Assembly (NCBI GenBank): GCA_035700025.1
Contig: DASSOY010000072.1
Coordinates: forward strand, 80,771-144,770
Length of the DNA: 64,000 nucleotides
Direction of reading: 5' to 3'
From: Bacillales bacterium
GTDB lineage: Bacteria; Bacillota; Bacilli; Bacillales; DASSOY01
Numbering within the stretch: the stretch's first letter is position 1; every line of letters begins with the position of its first letter. Shown here piece after piece: positions 32,328 to 42,598 of this stretch. The position numbers and the translations under genes are program-made. The notes below the pieces were generated by a model. The model did not search any database, had not been told where the DNA came from, and saw only the letters and a list, made by a program, of their open reading frames with translations.

Positions 32328-32341
32328 AGAACATAAATTCG
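32328..32341. promoter_or_regulatory. LexA (Cheo) box 3, downstream of the yneA -10
   Basis: AGAACATAAATTCG (GAAC-N4-ATTC). Confidence 0.6.
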
Positions 32342-32361
32342 TATTTAGGAGTGAACGAACG

Positions 32362-32688
32362 ATGAACGTACATTCGCAAAGCAAAACCGGTTGGTCTTAT
32401 ATCCTTTTATTTATTGCATTATTAATACTCGCGTTTTTCGTATTGAGAACTTCCGTGTCCGCAGCCGATCCGGACAAATACATTCAGATCACCGTGCAGC
32501 CAGGTGACACGCTGTGGGAAATCTCCGAACAATATGAGGCATTCACATCCTTGCCGCATGAACAGTTTATTGCATGGACGGAACGAATGAATCACGTAAG
32601 AAGCCGAAAGTTGATTCCCGGACAAACATTGCTCATTCCCGTCGAAAAGCGATCGTTTGTTTCCGATTCCGTTCTTGCGTTAAGATGA
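32362..32688 (+). CDS. yneA: SOS-induced cell-division suppressor YneA (TM plus LysM)
   Basis: ATG 32362 follows GGAGTG. TM segment WSYILLFIALLILAFFVL and LysM region YIQITVQPGDTLWEISEQY...LIPGQTLLIP. Divergent from lexA. Confidence 0.8.
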   Translation: MNVHSQSKTGWSYILLFIALLILAFFVLRTSVSAADPDKYIQITVQPGDTLWEISEQYEAFTSLPHEQFIAWTERMNHVRSRKLIPGQTLLIPVEKRSFVSDSVLALR

Positions 32689-32715
32689 AAGAAAACGCAA
32701 TGAAGGGGATGGCCG

Positions 32716-32946
32716 ATGTTAACGAGAGATAAATTGAACCGCATCAATGAACTTTCGCGAAAATCGAAAGCGGACGGCTTATCGAAGAAGGAGAAGAAAG
32801 AACAGCAAGATTTGCGGAACGAGTATTTGCAAGCGTTTCGCAAATCGTTCGACCGCCAGCTGCATTCGATTAAGGTGGTTGACCCGGAAGGAAGCGACGT
32901 CACACCGGACAAGTTGAACAAGAGTAAACGAAAACACAAAGGATGA
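32716..32946 (+). CDS. ynzC: YnzC-like protein (UPF0291/DUF896)
   Basis: MLTRDKLNRINELSRKSKADGLSKKEKKEQQDLRNEYLQAFRKSF. It lies between yneA and tkt. No yneB resolvase gene is present between them. Confidence 0.8.
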   Translation: MLTRDKLNRINELSRKSKADGLSKKEKKEQQDLRNEYLQAFRKSFDRQLHSIKVVDPEGSDVTPDKLNKSKRKHKG

Positions 32947-33043
32947 CAGGACGCGAACCCAGTCGCTTTTTGTGATGGCGTACCTCGTTTTATGTTAAAC
33001 TTAAGAAGTTGAAAAAGTGACTGAGGGAAAGGATGACAGACTG

Positions 33044-35041
33044 TTGAAAGATTCAATCGAACAGCTTTCGGTGAATACCATCCGCACATTGTCTCTGGAC
33101 AGTGTCGAGAACGCGAATTCTGGACACCCGGGGATGCCGATGGGCGCCGCCCCGATGGCGTATCAGCTTTGGGCAAACCATATGCGTCACAATCCGGAAA
33201 ATCCAAACTGGTTCAACCGCGACCGATTCGTTCTTTCTGCCGGGCACGGATCGATGTTGTTGTACAGTTTGCTTCACCTTTTCGGCTACGGTCTTACGAT
33301 CGAGGATTTGAAGCAATTTCGCCAATGGGGAAGCAAAACGCCTGGGCATCCCGAGTTCGGCCACACGGTCGGCGTCGAAGCAACGACGGGGCCGCTCGGG
33401 CAAGGAATTGCGATGAGTGTCGGGATGGCGATGGCGGAAAGGCATTTGGCGGCGACATACAATAAGGAAGGTTTTCCGTTGATTGACCACCACACGTATT
33501 GCATTTGCGGTGACGGCGACTTAATGGAAGGCGTTTCGGCGGAGGCTGCTTCGTTGGCGGGGCATTTGCGCCTTGGGCGGCTGATCGTGCTCTACGATTC
33601 CAACGACATTTCGCTTGACGGCGATTTGAACAAATCGTTTTCCGAAAAAACACGGGACCGTTTTCAAGCTTACGGATGGCAAGTGTTGCACGTTGAAGAC
33701 GGGAACGATTTGTCGGCGATCAACAAAACACTTGAAGAAGCGTCAGCCGACACGGAACGTCCGTCATTCATCGAAGTGAAGACGACGATTGGATACGGAG
33801 CCCCGACGAAAGCGGGCAAGAAAGATTCTCATGGTGCCCCGCTCGGACCTGAAGAAGCAAAAGGCGCGAAAGAACATTATCAATGGGCATACGATCCTTT
33901 TTATGTACCGGATGAAGTGTATGACCATTTCCGCTCGGCTGCGGAAAATGGAAAACGCGCGAACGACCAATGGGATGAACAGTACAATGACTACTGCGAT
34001 CGTTATCCGGAACTAGGTGCTCAATTGCGTCGAGTCATGAACGGGGAATTGCCGGGTGACTGGAAGGAAGAGCTTCCCGCTTACGAAGCCGGTGTTGATG
34101 AACTGGCAACGCGCGCTGCAAGCAGCGAAGTCATCAACGCTCTTTCAAAACAAGTGCCCGAACTGTTCGGCGGATCTGCCGATCTTGCATCCTCGACGAA
34201 GACATTGATGAAAGGTTCGGATGATTTCAGTGCGGACCGTTACGATGGACGAAACGTCTGGTTCGGCGTTCGTGAATTCGCAATGGCAGCGGCAGCAAAC
34301 GGAATGGCTTTGCACGGCGGTTTGAAACCGTTCGTCGGCACGTTTTTCGTATTCTCCGACTACTTGCGTCCAGCGGTGCGTTTGTCTGCGTTAATGGGAT
34401 TGCCGGTCACGTATGTTTTCACTCACGACAGCATTGCCGTCGGTGAAGACGGCCCGACACACGAACCGATCGAACATCTTGCTTCTTTACGCGCGATGCC
34501 GGGGATTTCCATTATCCGACCGGCGGACGGCAATGAGACGACCGCTGCTTGGAAAGTCGCGATGACGGCACAAAGCCGCCCGACGGCGATTGTTCTTACG
34601 CGTCAAGGCGTTCCGACGCTTGAACGTACTGACGAACTAGCCGAAGCCGGAGTCGAAAACGGCGCATACGTGTTGTCGGAAGCGAACGGACAACCAGATG
34701 CGTTGTTGCTCGGAACGGGTTCCGAGGTCCAATTGCTTGTCAAAGCGCAAAAAGCTTTAAGAGCAGAAGGGATCAACGTTTCGGTTGTCAGCATGCCGTC
34801 ATGGGATCGTTTCGACGCGCAGCCTGACGACTATAAAGAACGGGTGCTTCCGTCTTCCGTTAAGGCAAGGTTGGCCGTTGAAATGGGAGCCTCATTTGGA
34901 TGGCACAAATATGTCGGCGATCACGGCGACATATTGGCGATTGATCGTTTCGGCGCATCCGCCAAAGGTGCGAAAGTAATTGAAGAATATGGATTTACAG
35001 TTGAAAATGTCGTTTCCAAAGTAAAGGGATTGTTGAAATAA
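33044..35041 (+). CDS. tkt: Transketolase
   Basis: [40 protein letters not shown] and [23 protein letters not shown] 33044 after GGGAAAGGA gives an N-terminus of the same length as B. subtilis Tkt. GTG 33017 is the ORF-track alternative. Confidence 0.95.
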   Translation: MKDSIEQLSVNTIRTLSLDSVENANSGHPGMPMGAAPMAYQLWANHMRHNPENPNWFNRDRFVLSAGHGSMLLYSLLHLFGYGLTIEDLKQFRQWGSKTPGHPEFGHTVGVEATTGPLGQGIAMSVGMAMAERHLAATYNKEGFPLIDHHTYCICGDGDLMEGVSAEAASLAGHLRLGRLIVLYDSNDISLDGDLNKSFSEKTRDRFQAYGWQVLHVEDGNDLSAINKTLEEASADTERPSFIEVKTTIGYGAPTKAGKKDSHGAPLGPEEAKGAKEHYQWAYDPFYVPDEVYDHFRSAAENGKRANDQWDEQYNDYCDRYPELGAQLRRVMNGELPGDWKEELPAYEAGVDELATRAASSEVINALSKQVPELFGGSADLASSTKTLMKGSDDFSADRYDGRNVWFGVREFAMAAAANGMALHGGLKPFVGTFFVFSDYLRPAVRLSALMGLPVTYVFTHDSIAVGEDGPTHEPIEHLASLRAMPGISIIRPADGNETTAAWKVAMTAQSRPTAIVLTRQGVPTLERTDELAEAGVENGAYVLSEANGQPDALLLGTGSEVQLLVKAQKALRAEGINVSVVSMPSWDRFDAQPDDYKERVLPSSVKARLAVEMGASFGWHKYVGDHGDILAIDRFGASAKGAKVIEEYGFTVENVVSKVKGLLK

Positions 35042-35153
35042 CGTCTCTTGAATGATTTCGACAAAAGTAGTGCCTCGCTGCGCCGTAATGTGACATCGAT
35101 TGCATGCGGTTTCTCCTATACTGAAATTGTATTCTAGTCTTGGAGGGATTTGC

Positions 35154-35612
35154 GTGAGGCACTACGATATTTTTTTGATCGAAGACGAAGTGGCCGAGAC
35201 GTTTTTCGGAGAAGAAAGCAAGTTGTTTCAATTGTTTTGCGAAGCGGAGACGAACAAGTCGTCCGTCTATCATGAGTTGTTGAAGAAACAAGTTGCGTAT
35301 GTGACGAAACCGCTGAATACGAATGCGGTCGAGCAAGTTATAGAACGGGAAATGCGTTACCGAATCGGCTATTACAAAGTTCCCGGTTATCATTTGTTGA
35401 AAGCGCCGGCAGGAAACAGCCGGGCGGAATTGACGTTTTTTCAGCAGCGCATTCATTTGGATTCACAAGGATCCATCGAATGCGAAACGGCATTTTTTGA
35501 GGTATTGAGACGGTGCGAACGGTGCTTTTGGGCCGTCGATTACCGTAATCGCCGCTACGGCTGGCTAAAGCCGATTAAACAAAGGCGGTACATTAAACCT
35601 TCAACCGTATGA
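35154..35612 (+). CDS. sirA: Sporulation inhibitor of replication SirA (YneE)
   Basis: GTG 35154 is 6 nt after GGAGGG. (M)RHYDIFLIEDEVAETFFGEES, ETAFFEVLRR and RRYGWLKPIK resemble B. subtilis SirA. It lies between tkt and yneF. Confidence 0.8.
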   Translation: MRHYDIFLIEDEVAETFFGEESKLFQLFCEAETNKSSVYHELLKKQVAYVTKPLNTNAVEQVIEREMRYRIGYYKVPGYHLLKAPAGNSRAELTFFQQRIHLDSQGSIECETAFFEVLRRCERCFWAVDYRNRRYGWLKPIKQRRYIKPSTV

Positions 35613-35740
35613 TTCGTCTTGTATAGGTTCATGCATTTATAGTAAACTATTCTTAGCGTCCACTCCCCTTCCGCTCATTCGGTAAGGTTCGGAAGGCGGA
35701 AGAAACGGACGATTGGAAATCGATCTTAGGAGGACTTGAG

Positions 35741-35968
35741 ATGTGGCTCTACTTTCTTGTGGGCTTCTTGGCGCTTCTTCTCGGAATCGCTGCCGGCTTT
35801 TTCATTGCCCGCAAATACATGATGAATTACATGAAGAAAAACCCCCCCATTAACGAGCAAATGCTTCGTGTCATGATGATGCAAATGGGACAAAATCCAT
35901 CGAAGAAGAAGATCAACCAGATGATGAAGGCCATGAACAGCCAGATGGATAAACCCAATTTGAAATAA
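35741..35968 (+). CDS. yneF: YneF (UPF0154) small membrane protein
   Basis: [60 protein letters not shown]. Confidence 0.85.
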   Translation: MWLYFLVGFLALLLGIAAGFFIARKYMMNYMKKNPPINEQMLRVMMMQMGQNPSKKKINQMMKAMNSQMDKPNLK

Positions 35969-35985
35969 AGGGTCGATCGCAAACG

Positions 35986-36012
35986 ACACTCGGATGATCC
36001 GGGTGTTTTTTG
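35986..36012 (+). terminator. Rho-independent terminator of yneF
   Basis: ACACTCGGA-TGA-TCCGGGTGT followed by T6. Confidence 0.8.
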
Positions 36013-36048
36013 TTTGGTCGTGTGGTCATGTTATAATGAAAAGATGAA

Positions 36049-37122
36049 ATGAACGAAGGATGGAACGCTATGGACGATTTTCAAGTGCCGGAAACATCGA
36101 TTGGACAAGTGTTGACGGAACAGCCTCCGATTATCGATGTTCGGACACCGAAAGAATTTGAACAGTTTCGGATCCCCGGAGCGATCAACATTCCACTTTT
36201 TTCGAACGATGAAAGGGTGCGGATCGGGACCACTTACACGCAAGATAGCAAAGAGGCGGCGGTGAAGCTCGGGTTAACTTTTTTTTCCGAAACCGCACGG
36301 CACTTTTATGACCGTTGCAAATCTGTGTACGAGAAACAACAAGCGCCTCTCGTCATCCATTGTTGGCGCGGGGGGATGAGAAGTCTTTCCGTTGTTTCTT
36401 TCTTGAACGCGTTAGGCCTCCCGTGCATGCAGTTGCAAGGCGGGATTCGCTCGTTTCGCCGCAAAATCGTCGCAGATCTTGAGCAAATGGCCGATCGCCT
36501 TCCTCCCTTCATCGTTGTGGAAGGCTTGACCGGCACGAAAAAGACAGTTCTGTTAACGGAACTCGAAAAGCAAGGTTATCCGGTGCTCAACATCGAACCG
36601 ATGGCGGGACACCGCGGTTCGACGTTCGGTGCCATTGGATTGTCGCAAACGAGCCAAAAGCAGTTTGAGTGCATGCTTTGGCAACGGCTTTCCGCATTGC
36701 AAGCGGCTCCATACATTCTTATGGAAGCGGAAAGCAAACGAATCGGACGCATCCAAGTCCCTGATTTTCTCATCGCTGCGAAACAAAACGGTGAACGCAT
36801 CCGCTTGCACTATCCTTTCGAAAAACGAGTACAGTATTTGATGTCCGAATATGAGCCCGAGCAACATGAGCAGGCAATTCGACAAGCAACGAAACGAATT
36901 GAGAAGAAACTGAGCGAGGACATTCGAACGACAGCGAAGGCAGCGATGGAAGGCGGCGATTTTCGCCGCTTGACCGCCCTGCTGCTCGAACATTATTACG
37001 ATCCGAGATACCGGTATACGTCAACGCAATACGACACTCCCGTACATGAGGTAAAGATGGAATCGTTGGAGGATGGCCTACAAAAAGTAAAGCAACGGCT
37101 CGGTCGGCCGGTGTTCGCGTAA
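36049..37122 (+). CDS. selU: tRNA 2-selenouridine synthase (rhodanese plus P-loop domains)
   Basis: Rhodanese region IIDVRTPKEFEQFRIPGAINIPLFSNDERVRIGTTY with active-site loop HCWRGGMRS. P-loop-like EGLTGTKKTVLL, then MAGHRGSTFG. Confidence 0.85.
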   Translation: MNEGWNAMDDFQVPETSIGQVLTEQPPIIDVRTPKEFEQFRIPGAINIPLFSNDERVRIGTTYTQDSKEAAVKLGLTFFSETARHFYDRCKSVYEKQQAPLVIHCWRGGMRSLSVVSFLNALGLPCMQLQGGIRSFRRKIVADLEQMADRLPPFIVVEGLTGTKKTVLLTELEKQGYPVLNIEPMAGHRGSTFGAIGLSQTSQKQFECMLWQRLSALQAAPYILMEAESKRIGRIQVPDFLIAAKQNGERIRLHYPFEKRVQYLMSEYEPEQHEQAIRQATKRIEKKLSEDIRTTAKAAMEGGDFRRLTALLLEHYYDPRYRYTSTQYDTPVHEVKMESLEDGLQKVKQRLGRPVFA

Positions 37123-37185
37123 TTCGACGCTGGCCGATCGGAATGATATGATAGCCATAGATTATTTTGACAGGATGGATCCAAG

Positions 37186-38049
37186 TTGGCACAATTGAAC
37201 CGATGGAAAATGACTTTTTTGTTGTCAGGGGCTCTTTCCTTGACGTTATCCGGATGTTCCTACATCCAACAATACATGCCTTCCGACCGCCATGAATCGT
37301 CGGATCAGTCCGATCAGAGCGGGGCGGGTTCACAACAACAAGCGGAAAAGAACGATCAATCGAAAACAAAAACGAACTCGAAGCCAACGCAACAACAGAA
37401 ATGGGACGTGCCCGACCGCTTTCTTTTGAAAAATACGATCAAAACAACACCTGAAGGGAAACGTGTCGTAACGAATCCTGCTAGTTTGCTCGTTTGCGCA
37501 GACAAAAAAAGAAATTTGCCGGCCGACTACGAACCGAAAAACCTCGTCATTCCCGACGTTTATTTTCCGTACGGAAAGAATGCTAAACGGGAGAAAATGC
37601 ACATGCGAAAAGTAGCGGCCGAAGCGCTTGAACAATTGTTTGCCGCGGCGAAACAAGACGGTATACGACTCATGGCGATTTCCGGCTATCGTTCATACGA
37701 GCGGCAAGTGAGTGTGTTTAATTGGCACGTGAGTCAGAAAGGGAGCGTAGAAAAAGCGAATCGAGTGAGTGCTCGCCCGGGACAGAGCGAACATCAGACG
37801 GGCTTATCGATGGACATCTCGAGTGAACAAATCGGCCCGGATTTGACGCAAAAATTCGGGGATACGAAAGCCGGCAAATGGGTGGCGGCACATGCTGCGG
37901 AATACGGGTTTATTTTGCGATATCCGCCGGGGAAAGAAGCGATCACCGGCTATGAATACGAGCCGTGGCATTTGCGCTATGTTGGGAAGCAGCCGGCGGA
38001 AACGATTGCGAACCATCATTTGACTTTGGAGGAATACCTCTCCGAATAG
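37186..38049 (+). CDS. VanY/LdcB-type D-alanyl-D-alanine (LD-) carboxypeptidase, peptidase M15B lipoprotein
   Basis: Lipobox LTLSGC. Zn ligand motifs SEHQTGLSMD and EPWHLRYVG. TTG 37186 or ATG 37210 could be the start. Confidence 0.8.
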   Translation: MAQLNRWKMTFLLSGALSLTLSGCSYIQQYMPSDRHESSDQSDQSGAGSQQQAEKNDQSKTKTNSKPTQQQKWDVPDRFLLKNTIKTTPEGKRVVTNPASLLVCADKKRNLPADYEPKNLVIPDVYFPYGKNAKREKMHMRKVAAEALEQLFAAAKQDGIRLMAISGYRSYERQVSVFNWHVSQKGSVEKANRVSARPGQSEHQTGLSMDISSEQIGPDLTQKFGDTKAGKWVAAHAAEYGFILRYPPGKEAITGYEYEPWHLRYVGKQPAETIANHHLTLEEYLSE

Positions 38050-38060
38050 GGGATGACCAC

Positions 38061-38771
38061 ATGACGGAATTGAATCTTTTTGTCGCTTTCGGTGCAGGCG
38101 TCCTGTCGTTTGTTTCACCGTGCACGCTTCCGGTCTATCCAGGATTTTTATCCTATGTGACCGGCGTTTCTGTATCGGACTTGCAAAAAGAAAACGGGAT
38201 GTTGCAGCGGCGGGCGATCTTGCATACGGCTTTTTTCTTGCTCGGCTTTTCAGTGATTTTCATCGCGCTCGGTTTTTCAACTTCGCTCATCGGCGATTTG
38301 TTTACGCGTTACAATGATGCCTTGCGGCAAATCGGTGCGCTCGTTATTTTCTTTTTCGGACTGGTTGCTCTTGGCGTTTGGCAGCCGCGCTTTTTAATGA
38401 AAGATCAATCGTTCGTGTTTCGGGAACGTCCTTCCGGTTATTTCGGGTCCGTCATTATCGGGCTCGGTTTTGCTGCTGGATGGACCCCTTGCATGGGAAC
38501 GATCTTGGCAGCGGTGCTTGGATATGCTGTTGCCGATTCCGGTCCGGACGTCCCGTACATGATCGCTTACGTCGCCGGTTTCGCAATTCCGTTTTTCGTT
38601 TTGTCCTTCTTTTTGGGCAAGATTCAATGGATTCGCCGCCACAGCGCACGGTTCATGAAGGCGGGCGGCCTCGTGATGATCATCATGAGTGTGTTTTTGT
38701 ATTTTGATTGGATGACGAAGATTTCTTCCTTTTTGACGCAATATGTTTTCGGCGGTTTTCAAGGATTTTAA
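38061..38771 (+). CDS. ccdA: Cytochrome c biogenesis thiol-disulfide transporter CcdA
   Basis: ATG 38061. MTELNLFVAFGAGVLSFVSPCTLPVYPGFLSY and WTPCMG are the two conserved Cys motifs. Confidence 0.88.
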   Translation: MTELNLFVAFGAGVLSFVSPCTLPVYPGFLSYVTGVSVSDLQKENGMLQRRAILHTAFFLLGFSVIFIALGFSTSLIGDLFTRYNDALRQIGALVIFFFGLVALGVWQPRFLMKDQSFVFRERPSGYFGSVIIGLGFAAGWTPCMGTILAAVLGYAVADSGPDVPYMIAYVAGFAIPFFVLSFFLGKIQWIRRHSARFMKAGGLVMIIMSVFLYFDWMTKISSFLTQYVFGGFQGF

Positions 38772-38799
38772 TCCATGGTGACAAAGAAGGTGGATAACA

Positions 38800-39270
38800 T
38801 TGTTGATAGTCAGCGTACTCGTCGGTGCTTTTTTTGCCATGATCATTTTAATGGTTCGCATGAAAGCTGCGAAAAAGCCGGCATCGGTAAAAAAAATCAT
38901 TTTGCCTCCAATCGGCATGAGCACCGGATTTCTCATGTTCATTGATCCGCTGTTCCGGCCGCCGTTCATTGAGGCGATCGGCGCCTTTCTCGTCGGCTGT
39001 TTGTTTTCCGTGTTCTTGATCAAAACGTCCCGGTTTGAAATTCGCGGCAACGACATTTATTTAAAACGGTCGAAAGCTTTCGTTTTCATCTTGTTCGGGC
39101 TGTTGATCATCCGAACGATCATGAAATTCTACGTTGGTGAAGAAGTAACGTTGCCGGTGACGAGCGGACTGTTTTTCATCCTCGCCTTCGGCATGATTTT
39201 GCCGTGGCGAATCGGGATGCTCGTCGGTTATAAACGGCACGAACAGCAACTGACGAACCATCATGCATGA
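38800..39270 (+). CDS. ccdC: CcdC (YneJ, DUF1453) membrane protein
   Basis: Polytopic membrane protein, KKPASVKKIILPPIGMSTGFLMF. It lies directly after ccdA. The ccdB/yneI response-regulator gene of B. subtilis is absent. Confidence 0.75.
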   Translation: MLIVSVLVGAFFAMIILMVRMKAAKKPASVKKIILPPIGMSTGFLMFIDPLFRPPFIEAIGAFLVGCLFSVFLIKTSRFEIRGNDIYLKRSKAFVFILFGLLIIRTIMKFYVGEEVTLPVTSGLFFILAFGMILPWRIGMLVGYKRHEQQLTNHHA

Positions 39271-39276
39271 AGTCGG

Positions 39277-39306
39277 CCTCTTCGTCTATACAGCGGGGAG
39301 GTTTTT
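39277..39306 (+). terminator. Probable terminator after ccdC
   Basis: CCTCTTCG / CGGGGAGG stem (two G-U pairs), 9 nt loop, T5. Confidence 0.55.
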
Positions 39307-39505
39307 CGTGTCGTCCTAAGCGGAACACGGAGGAGACTCTTATCAGAAATGTAAAAAAATCCTTGACGATTGAAAGGGAAATGGTAAGATATACGTATAC
39401 ATAGAGGATAGGGCTTATTAAATTCCATTTACACCACAAAGGAATGACCGTTTCGGTCTATATTTTCATAATGTTCGAAATTGTAGCATAGGTGAGGGTG
39501 TCGCG

Positions 39506-40228
39506 ATGATTCAATTCAAAAACGTTCACAAATGGTTTGGCGATTTGCACGTACTCAACGGCATCAACTTGAAGATCGATGAAGGAGAAGTTGTCGTCAT
39601 TGTCGGTCCGAGCGGATCGGGAAAGAGCACGTTGATTCGTTGCATTAACGGGTTGGAAAGGTTTCAGAAAGGAAATCTTGAAGTCAACGGTAAAGCGCTC
39701 GAAGATAAGAAGATTCAGCTCAACGAACTGCGCAAAGAAATTAGCATGGTGTTTCAACATTTTAATCTATATCCTCATATGTCCGTTTTGGACAATGTGA
39801 CGTTTGCTCCGCGCAAAGTGCTGAAAATTCCGCGGCAAGAAGCCGAACTGCAAGCAAAAGAACAGTTAAGCAAAGTTGGTATTCTCGATAAGGCAAATGC
39901 CAAGCCCGACCAATTGTCCGGAGGGCAAAAGCAACGCGTGGCGATCGCCCGCGGATTGGCGATGAAACCGAAAATCTTCTTGTTCGACGAACCGACTTCG
40001 GCTCTCGATCCGGAAATGATTAAGGAAGTGCTTGACGTGATGAAACTGTTGGCAACCGAAGGTTCGACCATGGTGGTTGTCACGCACGAAATGGGGTTTG
40101 CCCGGGAGGTTGCCGACCGGGTGATTTTCATGGATGACGGCGCAATTGTGGAAGAAAACACGCCGGAAGCATTTTTCCAACATCCGAAGGAGGAACGAGC
40201 GAAGGCGTTTTTGAGCAAAATTTTGTAA
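39506..40228 (+). CDS. Polar amino acid ABC transporter, ATP-binding protein
   Basis: Walker [10 protein letters not shown], signature [16 protein letters not shown] and Walker [13 protein letters not shown]. Confidence 0.92.
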   Translation: MIQFKNVHKWFGDLHVLNGINLKIDEGEVVVIVGPSGSGKSTLIRCINGLERFQKGNLEVNGKALEDKKIQLNELRKEISMVFQHFNLYPHMSVLDNVTFAPRKVLKIPRQEAELQAKEQLSKVGILDKANAKPDQLSGGQKQRVAIARGLAMKPKIFLFDEPTSALDPEMIKEVLDVMKLLATEGSTMVVVTHEMGFAREVADRVIFMDDGAIVEENTPEAFFQHPKEERAKAFLSKIL

Positions 40229-40272
40229 GCGCCTATGCTCTTTTCCATAAATAAGAAGGGGGAAGATCCAAA

Positions 40273-41127
40273 ATGAAAAAATCAATCTTATTGCTTTTGA
40301 CGCTCGTGTTCACGATGGGCCTCGTTTTATCGGCCTGTGAATCGTCGGGGTCAAGCGGAGGCGAAGCGAAGGATACATTGCAACAAATCAAAGATCGCGG
40401 CAAGCTGATCGTCGGCGTGAAATATGATGTTAACTTGTTTGGCTTAAAAGATCCGAAAACCGGTAAAGTCGAGGGCTATGACGCCGATTTAATGCGCGCA
40501 TTGGCGAAACATATTTTCGGCGAAGACAAAAAGCTGGAAGACATTTTAGAATTTAAGCAAGTCAACTCGAAAACGCGCTTTGAAATGGTCAACAACGGAG
40601 AAATTGACATGGCTTCCGCTACCGCAACGATTACGCCTGAACGCGAAGAACGCGTCGATTTCAGCAACATTTATTTTATTGCAGGACAGTCGCTTTTGGT
40701 GAAAAAAGGAAGCCCGATCAAAAGCATCGACGATCTCGGTCCGGACACGACAGTCATTGCCGTGAAAGGCTCGACGAGCGAAAAGAATATTAAGGAAAAA
40801 GCACCAGACGCGCCGGTTAAATTGTTTGACGATTATGCTCAAGCATTCAGCGCCTTGAAAGCTGGGAAAGGTGATACGTTGACGACCGACAACGCCATTT
40901 TGCTCGGTATGCACAAGGAAGACCCGAATTATGTTTTGACCGGCGGTTTATTCACGTCCGAACCGTACGGCATGATCTTCCGGGAAGACGATGATGAATT
41001 TAGAAAATACGTCAATGATTTCTTGGATGAACTGAAATCGTCCGGCAAACTGGCAGAAATTTATAAAAAATGGTTTGGCGAAGCACCGCCTGAAGATATT
41101 TTAAAAGAAAACACGATGCTGAAATAA
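40273..41127 (+). CDS. Amino acid ABC transporter substrate-binding lipoprotein
   Basis: Lipobox LVLSAC, then a family-3 SBP (GKLIVGVKYDVNLFG, TITPEREERVDFS). Confidence 0.9.
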   Translation: MKKSILLLLTLVFTMGLVLSACESSGSSGGEAKDTLQQIKDRGKLIVGVKYDVNLFGLKDPKTGKVEGYDADLMRALAKHIFGEDKKLEDILEFKQVNSKTRFEMVNNGEIDMASATATITPEREERVDFSNIYFIAGQSLLVKKGSPIKSIDDLGPDTTVIAVKGSTSEKNIKEKAPDAPVKLFDDYAQAFSALKAGKGDTLTTDNAILLGMHKEDPNYVLTGGLFTSEPYGMIFREDDDEFRKYVNDFLDELKSSGKLAEIYKKWFGEAPPEDILKENTMLK

Positions 41128-41186
41128 CAGCCATCACAAGGGCCGGTGTAAACGCCGGCCCTATCGTTTGAAAAGGGGAAGTAGAA

Positions 41187-41843
41187 ATGGATTTTGCCGC
41201 TGTGTTTTCACATCTGGACCTTTATTGGTCAGGTTTTTTGCGAACGTTACTGACAAGCGCCATTGCGGTCGTTTTAAGCCTCATCCTCGGCTTGATCGTG
41301 GCGGCATTAAGAGTATCGGGCGTCAAGCCGCTCGCTTTTTTCGCCCGCTGGTATGTCGAGTTTTTGCGGAACACGCCGTTGCTCGTTCAAGTCTTTTTCT
41401 TTTATTATGCGTTGCCGCAACTTCATCTTCCATTTTTGAATTTCAACGGCTTTCAAGCTGGCGTACTCGGCTTGAGCTTTTATACCGCGGCTTACGTGGC
41501 GGAAATTGTCCGAGCCGGCATTCAATCGATTGAGGCCGGCCAAATGGAGGCCGCACGCGCCTCTGGACTGACATACGTGCAAGCCATGGTGTACATTATC
41601 TTTCCGCAGGCGTTCCGTATCGTGATTCCGCCGCTCGGCACTGAATATATCAATACGGTGAAAAACTCGGCGATTCTCGCTTTTTTTGCCGGGGCTGATC
41701 TTATGTACGTCGCTGATACGCTGCAAGGGAGCACAGGAGCGGTATTTGCCGTGTACATCACCGCTGGCCTTTTTTATTTGCTCATTACGATTCCGTTAAG
41801 CGTATTCGTTAATTTCTTGGAAAAAAAGCTTTTGGTCGCGTGA
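41187..41843 (+). CDS. Amino acid ABC transporter permease
   Basis: His/Glu/Gln/Arg-type permease with EAA-like loop EAARASGLTYVQAMVYIIFPQA. Confidence 0.9.
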   Translation: MDFAAVFSHLDLYWSGFLRTLLTSAIAVVLSLILGLIVAALRVSGVKPLAFFARWYVEFLRNTPLLVQVFFFYYALPQLHLPFLNFNGFQAGVLGLSFYTAAYVAEIVRAGIQSIEAGQMEAARASGLTYVQAMVYIIFPQAFRIVIPPLGTEYINTVKNSAILAFFAGADLMYVADTLQGSTGAVFAVYITAGLFYLLITIPLSVFVNFLEKKLLVA

Positions 41844-41853
41844 GGTGATGGAA

Positions 41854-42513
41854 ATGGACTTAATTATCGATGCTTACAGTTGGACAAATTTGCAGTTTTT
41901 GGCAAAGGGCATTTTGCTTACTTTGCTGTTGGCTTTCGTGACGATTGTGATCAGTTTTGTCCTCGGTGCGCTGCTCGCGATTTTTCGCTATAGCAAAACG
42001 CCGTTTCTCGGACACTTTGCTTTCCTTTACACGGAAGTCATTCGAAACACCCCGCTCATTTTAATTTTGTTTTTTACGTATTTCGGTTTGCCGCAACTAA
42101 ACTTGCCGTTTGATGTTCCGCTGTTTTGGAAGTTGGCGATCGGGTTGATCATTTTCGAGATCAGTCAGTTGGCGGAAATTGTTCGCGGGGGGCTGAACTC
42201 GATTGAAGACGGCCAATTGGAAGCAGCGCAATCCCAAGGGGTCACGTATTTGCAAATGTTAAACCATATTATTTTGCCCCAGGCTTTTAAACGGATGATT
42301 CCAGCGATCGTCGGTCAATTCATTACCATCGTCAAGGATACGTCCTATACTGCAATGTTCGGTCTTTTGGAGATCTTAAACCGCGCGCAAATCATTTGGA
42401 ATCATCAATTAAACTTTATCTTTCCGATCATCGTTTTGGTAGCCGTTATTTATTTCGTTATTAATTTCGGTTTATCCTCGTTCAGCATTAGGCTCGAAAA
42501 GAAATTAAGTTGA
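41854..42513 (+). CDS. Amino acid ABC transporter permease (second)
   Basis: EAAQSQGVTYLQMLNHIILPQA. ATG 41854 is 8 nt after GAGG; 41845 and 41848 are alternative starts. Confidence 0.88.
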   Translation: MDLIIDAYSWTNLQFLAKGILLTLLLAFVTIVISFVLGALLAIFRYSKTPFLGHFAFLYTEVIRNTPLILILFFTYFGLPQLNLPFDVPLFWKLAIGLIIFEISQLAEIVRGGLNSIEDGQLEAAQSQGVTYLQMLNHIILPQAFKRMIPAIVGQFITIVKDTSYTAMFGLLEILNRAQIIWNHQLNFIFPIIVLVAVIYFVINFGLSSFSIRLEKKLS

Positions 42514-42521
42514 TGTGACAG

Positions 42522-42564
42522 AAGCGGGTTCCGATCAGCGCTTGATCGGAACCCGCTTTTTTTG
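42522..42564 (+). terminator. Rho-independent terminator of the ABC transporter operon
   Basis: 16 bp stem AAGCGGGTTCCGATCA / TGATCGGAACCCGCTT followed by T7. Confidence 0.9.
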
Positions 42565-42598
42565 TGCGATTTAAGGGGGGAGGGGAGGGGGATCGAAT

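Noticed and set aside
35655-35700. The inverted repeat CTTCCGC...GCGGAAG between sirA and yneF, considered as a terminator or riboswitch.
   Set aside because: The stem is irregular with a large asymmetric interior and no U tract. This is insufficient to call.
39307-39505. A roughly 200 nt leader before the amino-acid ABC transporter operon, considered as a possible T-box or riboswitch.
   Set aside because: I found no T-box sequence (AGGGTGGTACCGCG-like), no specifier-loop architecture and no terminator/antiterminator pair. Only a weak promoter candidate is present (TTGACG at 39363).
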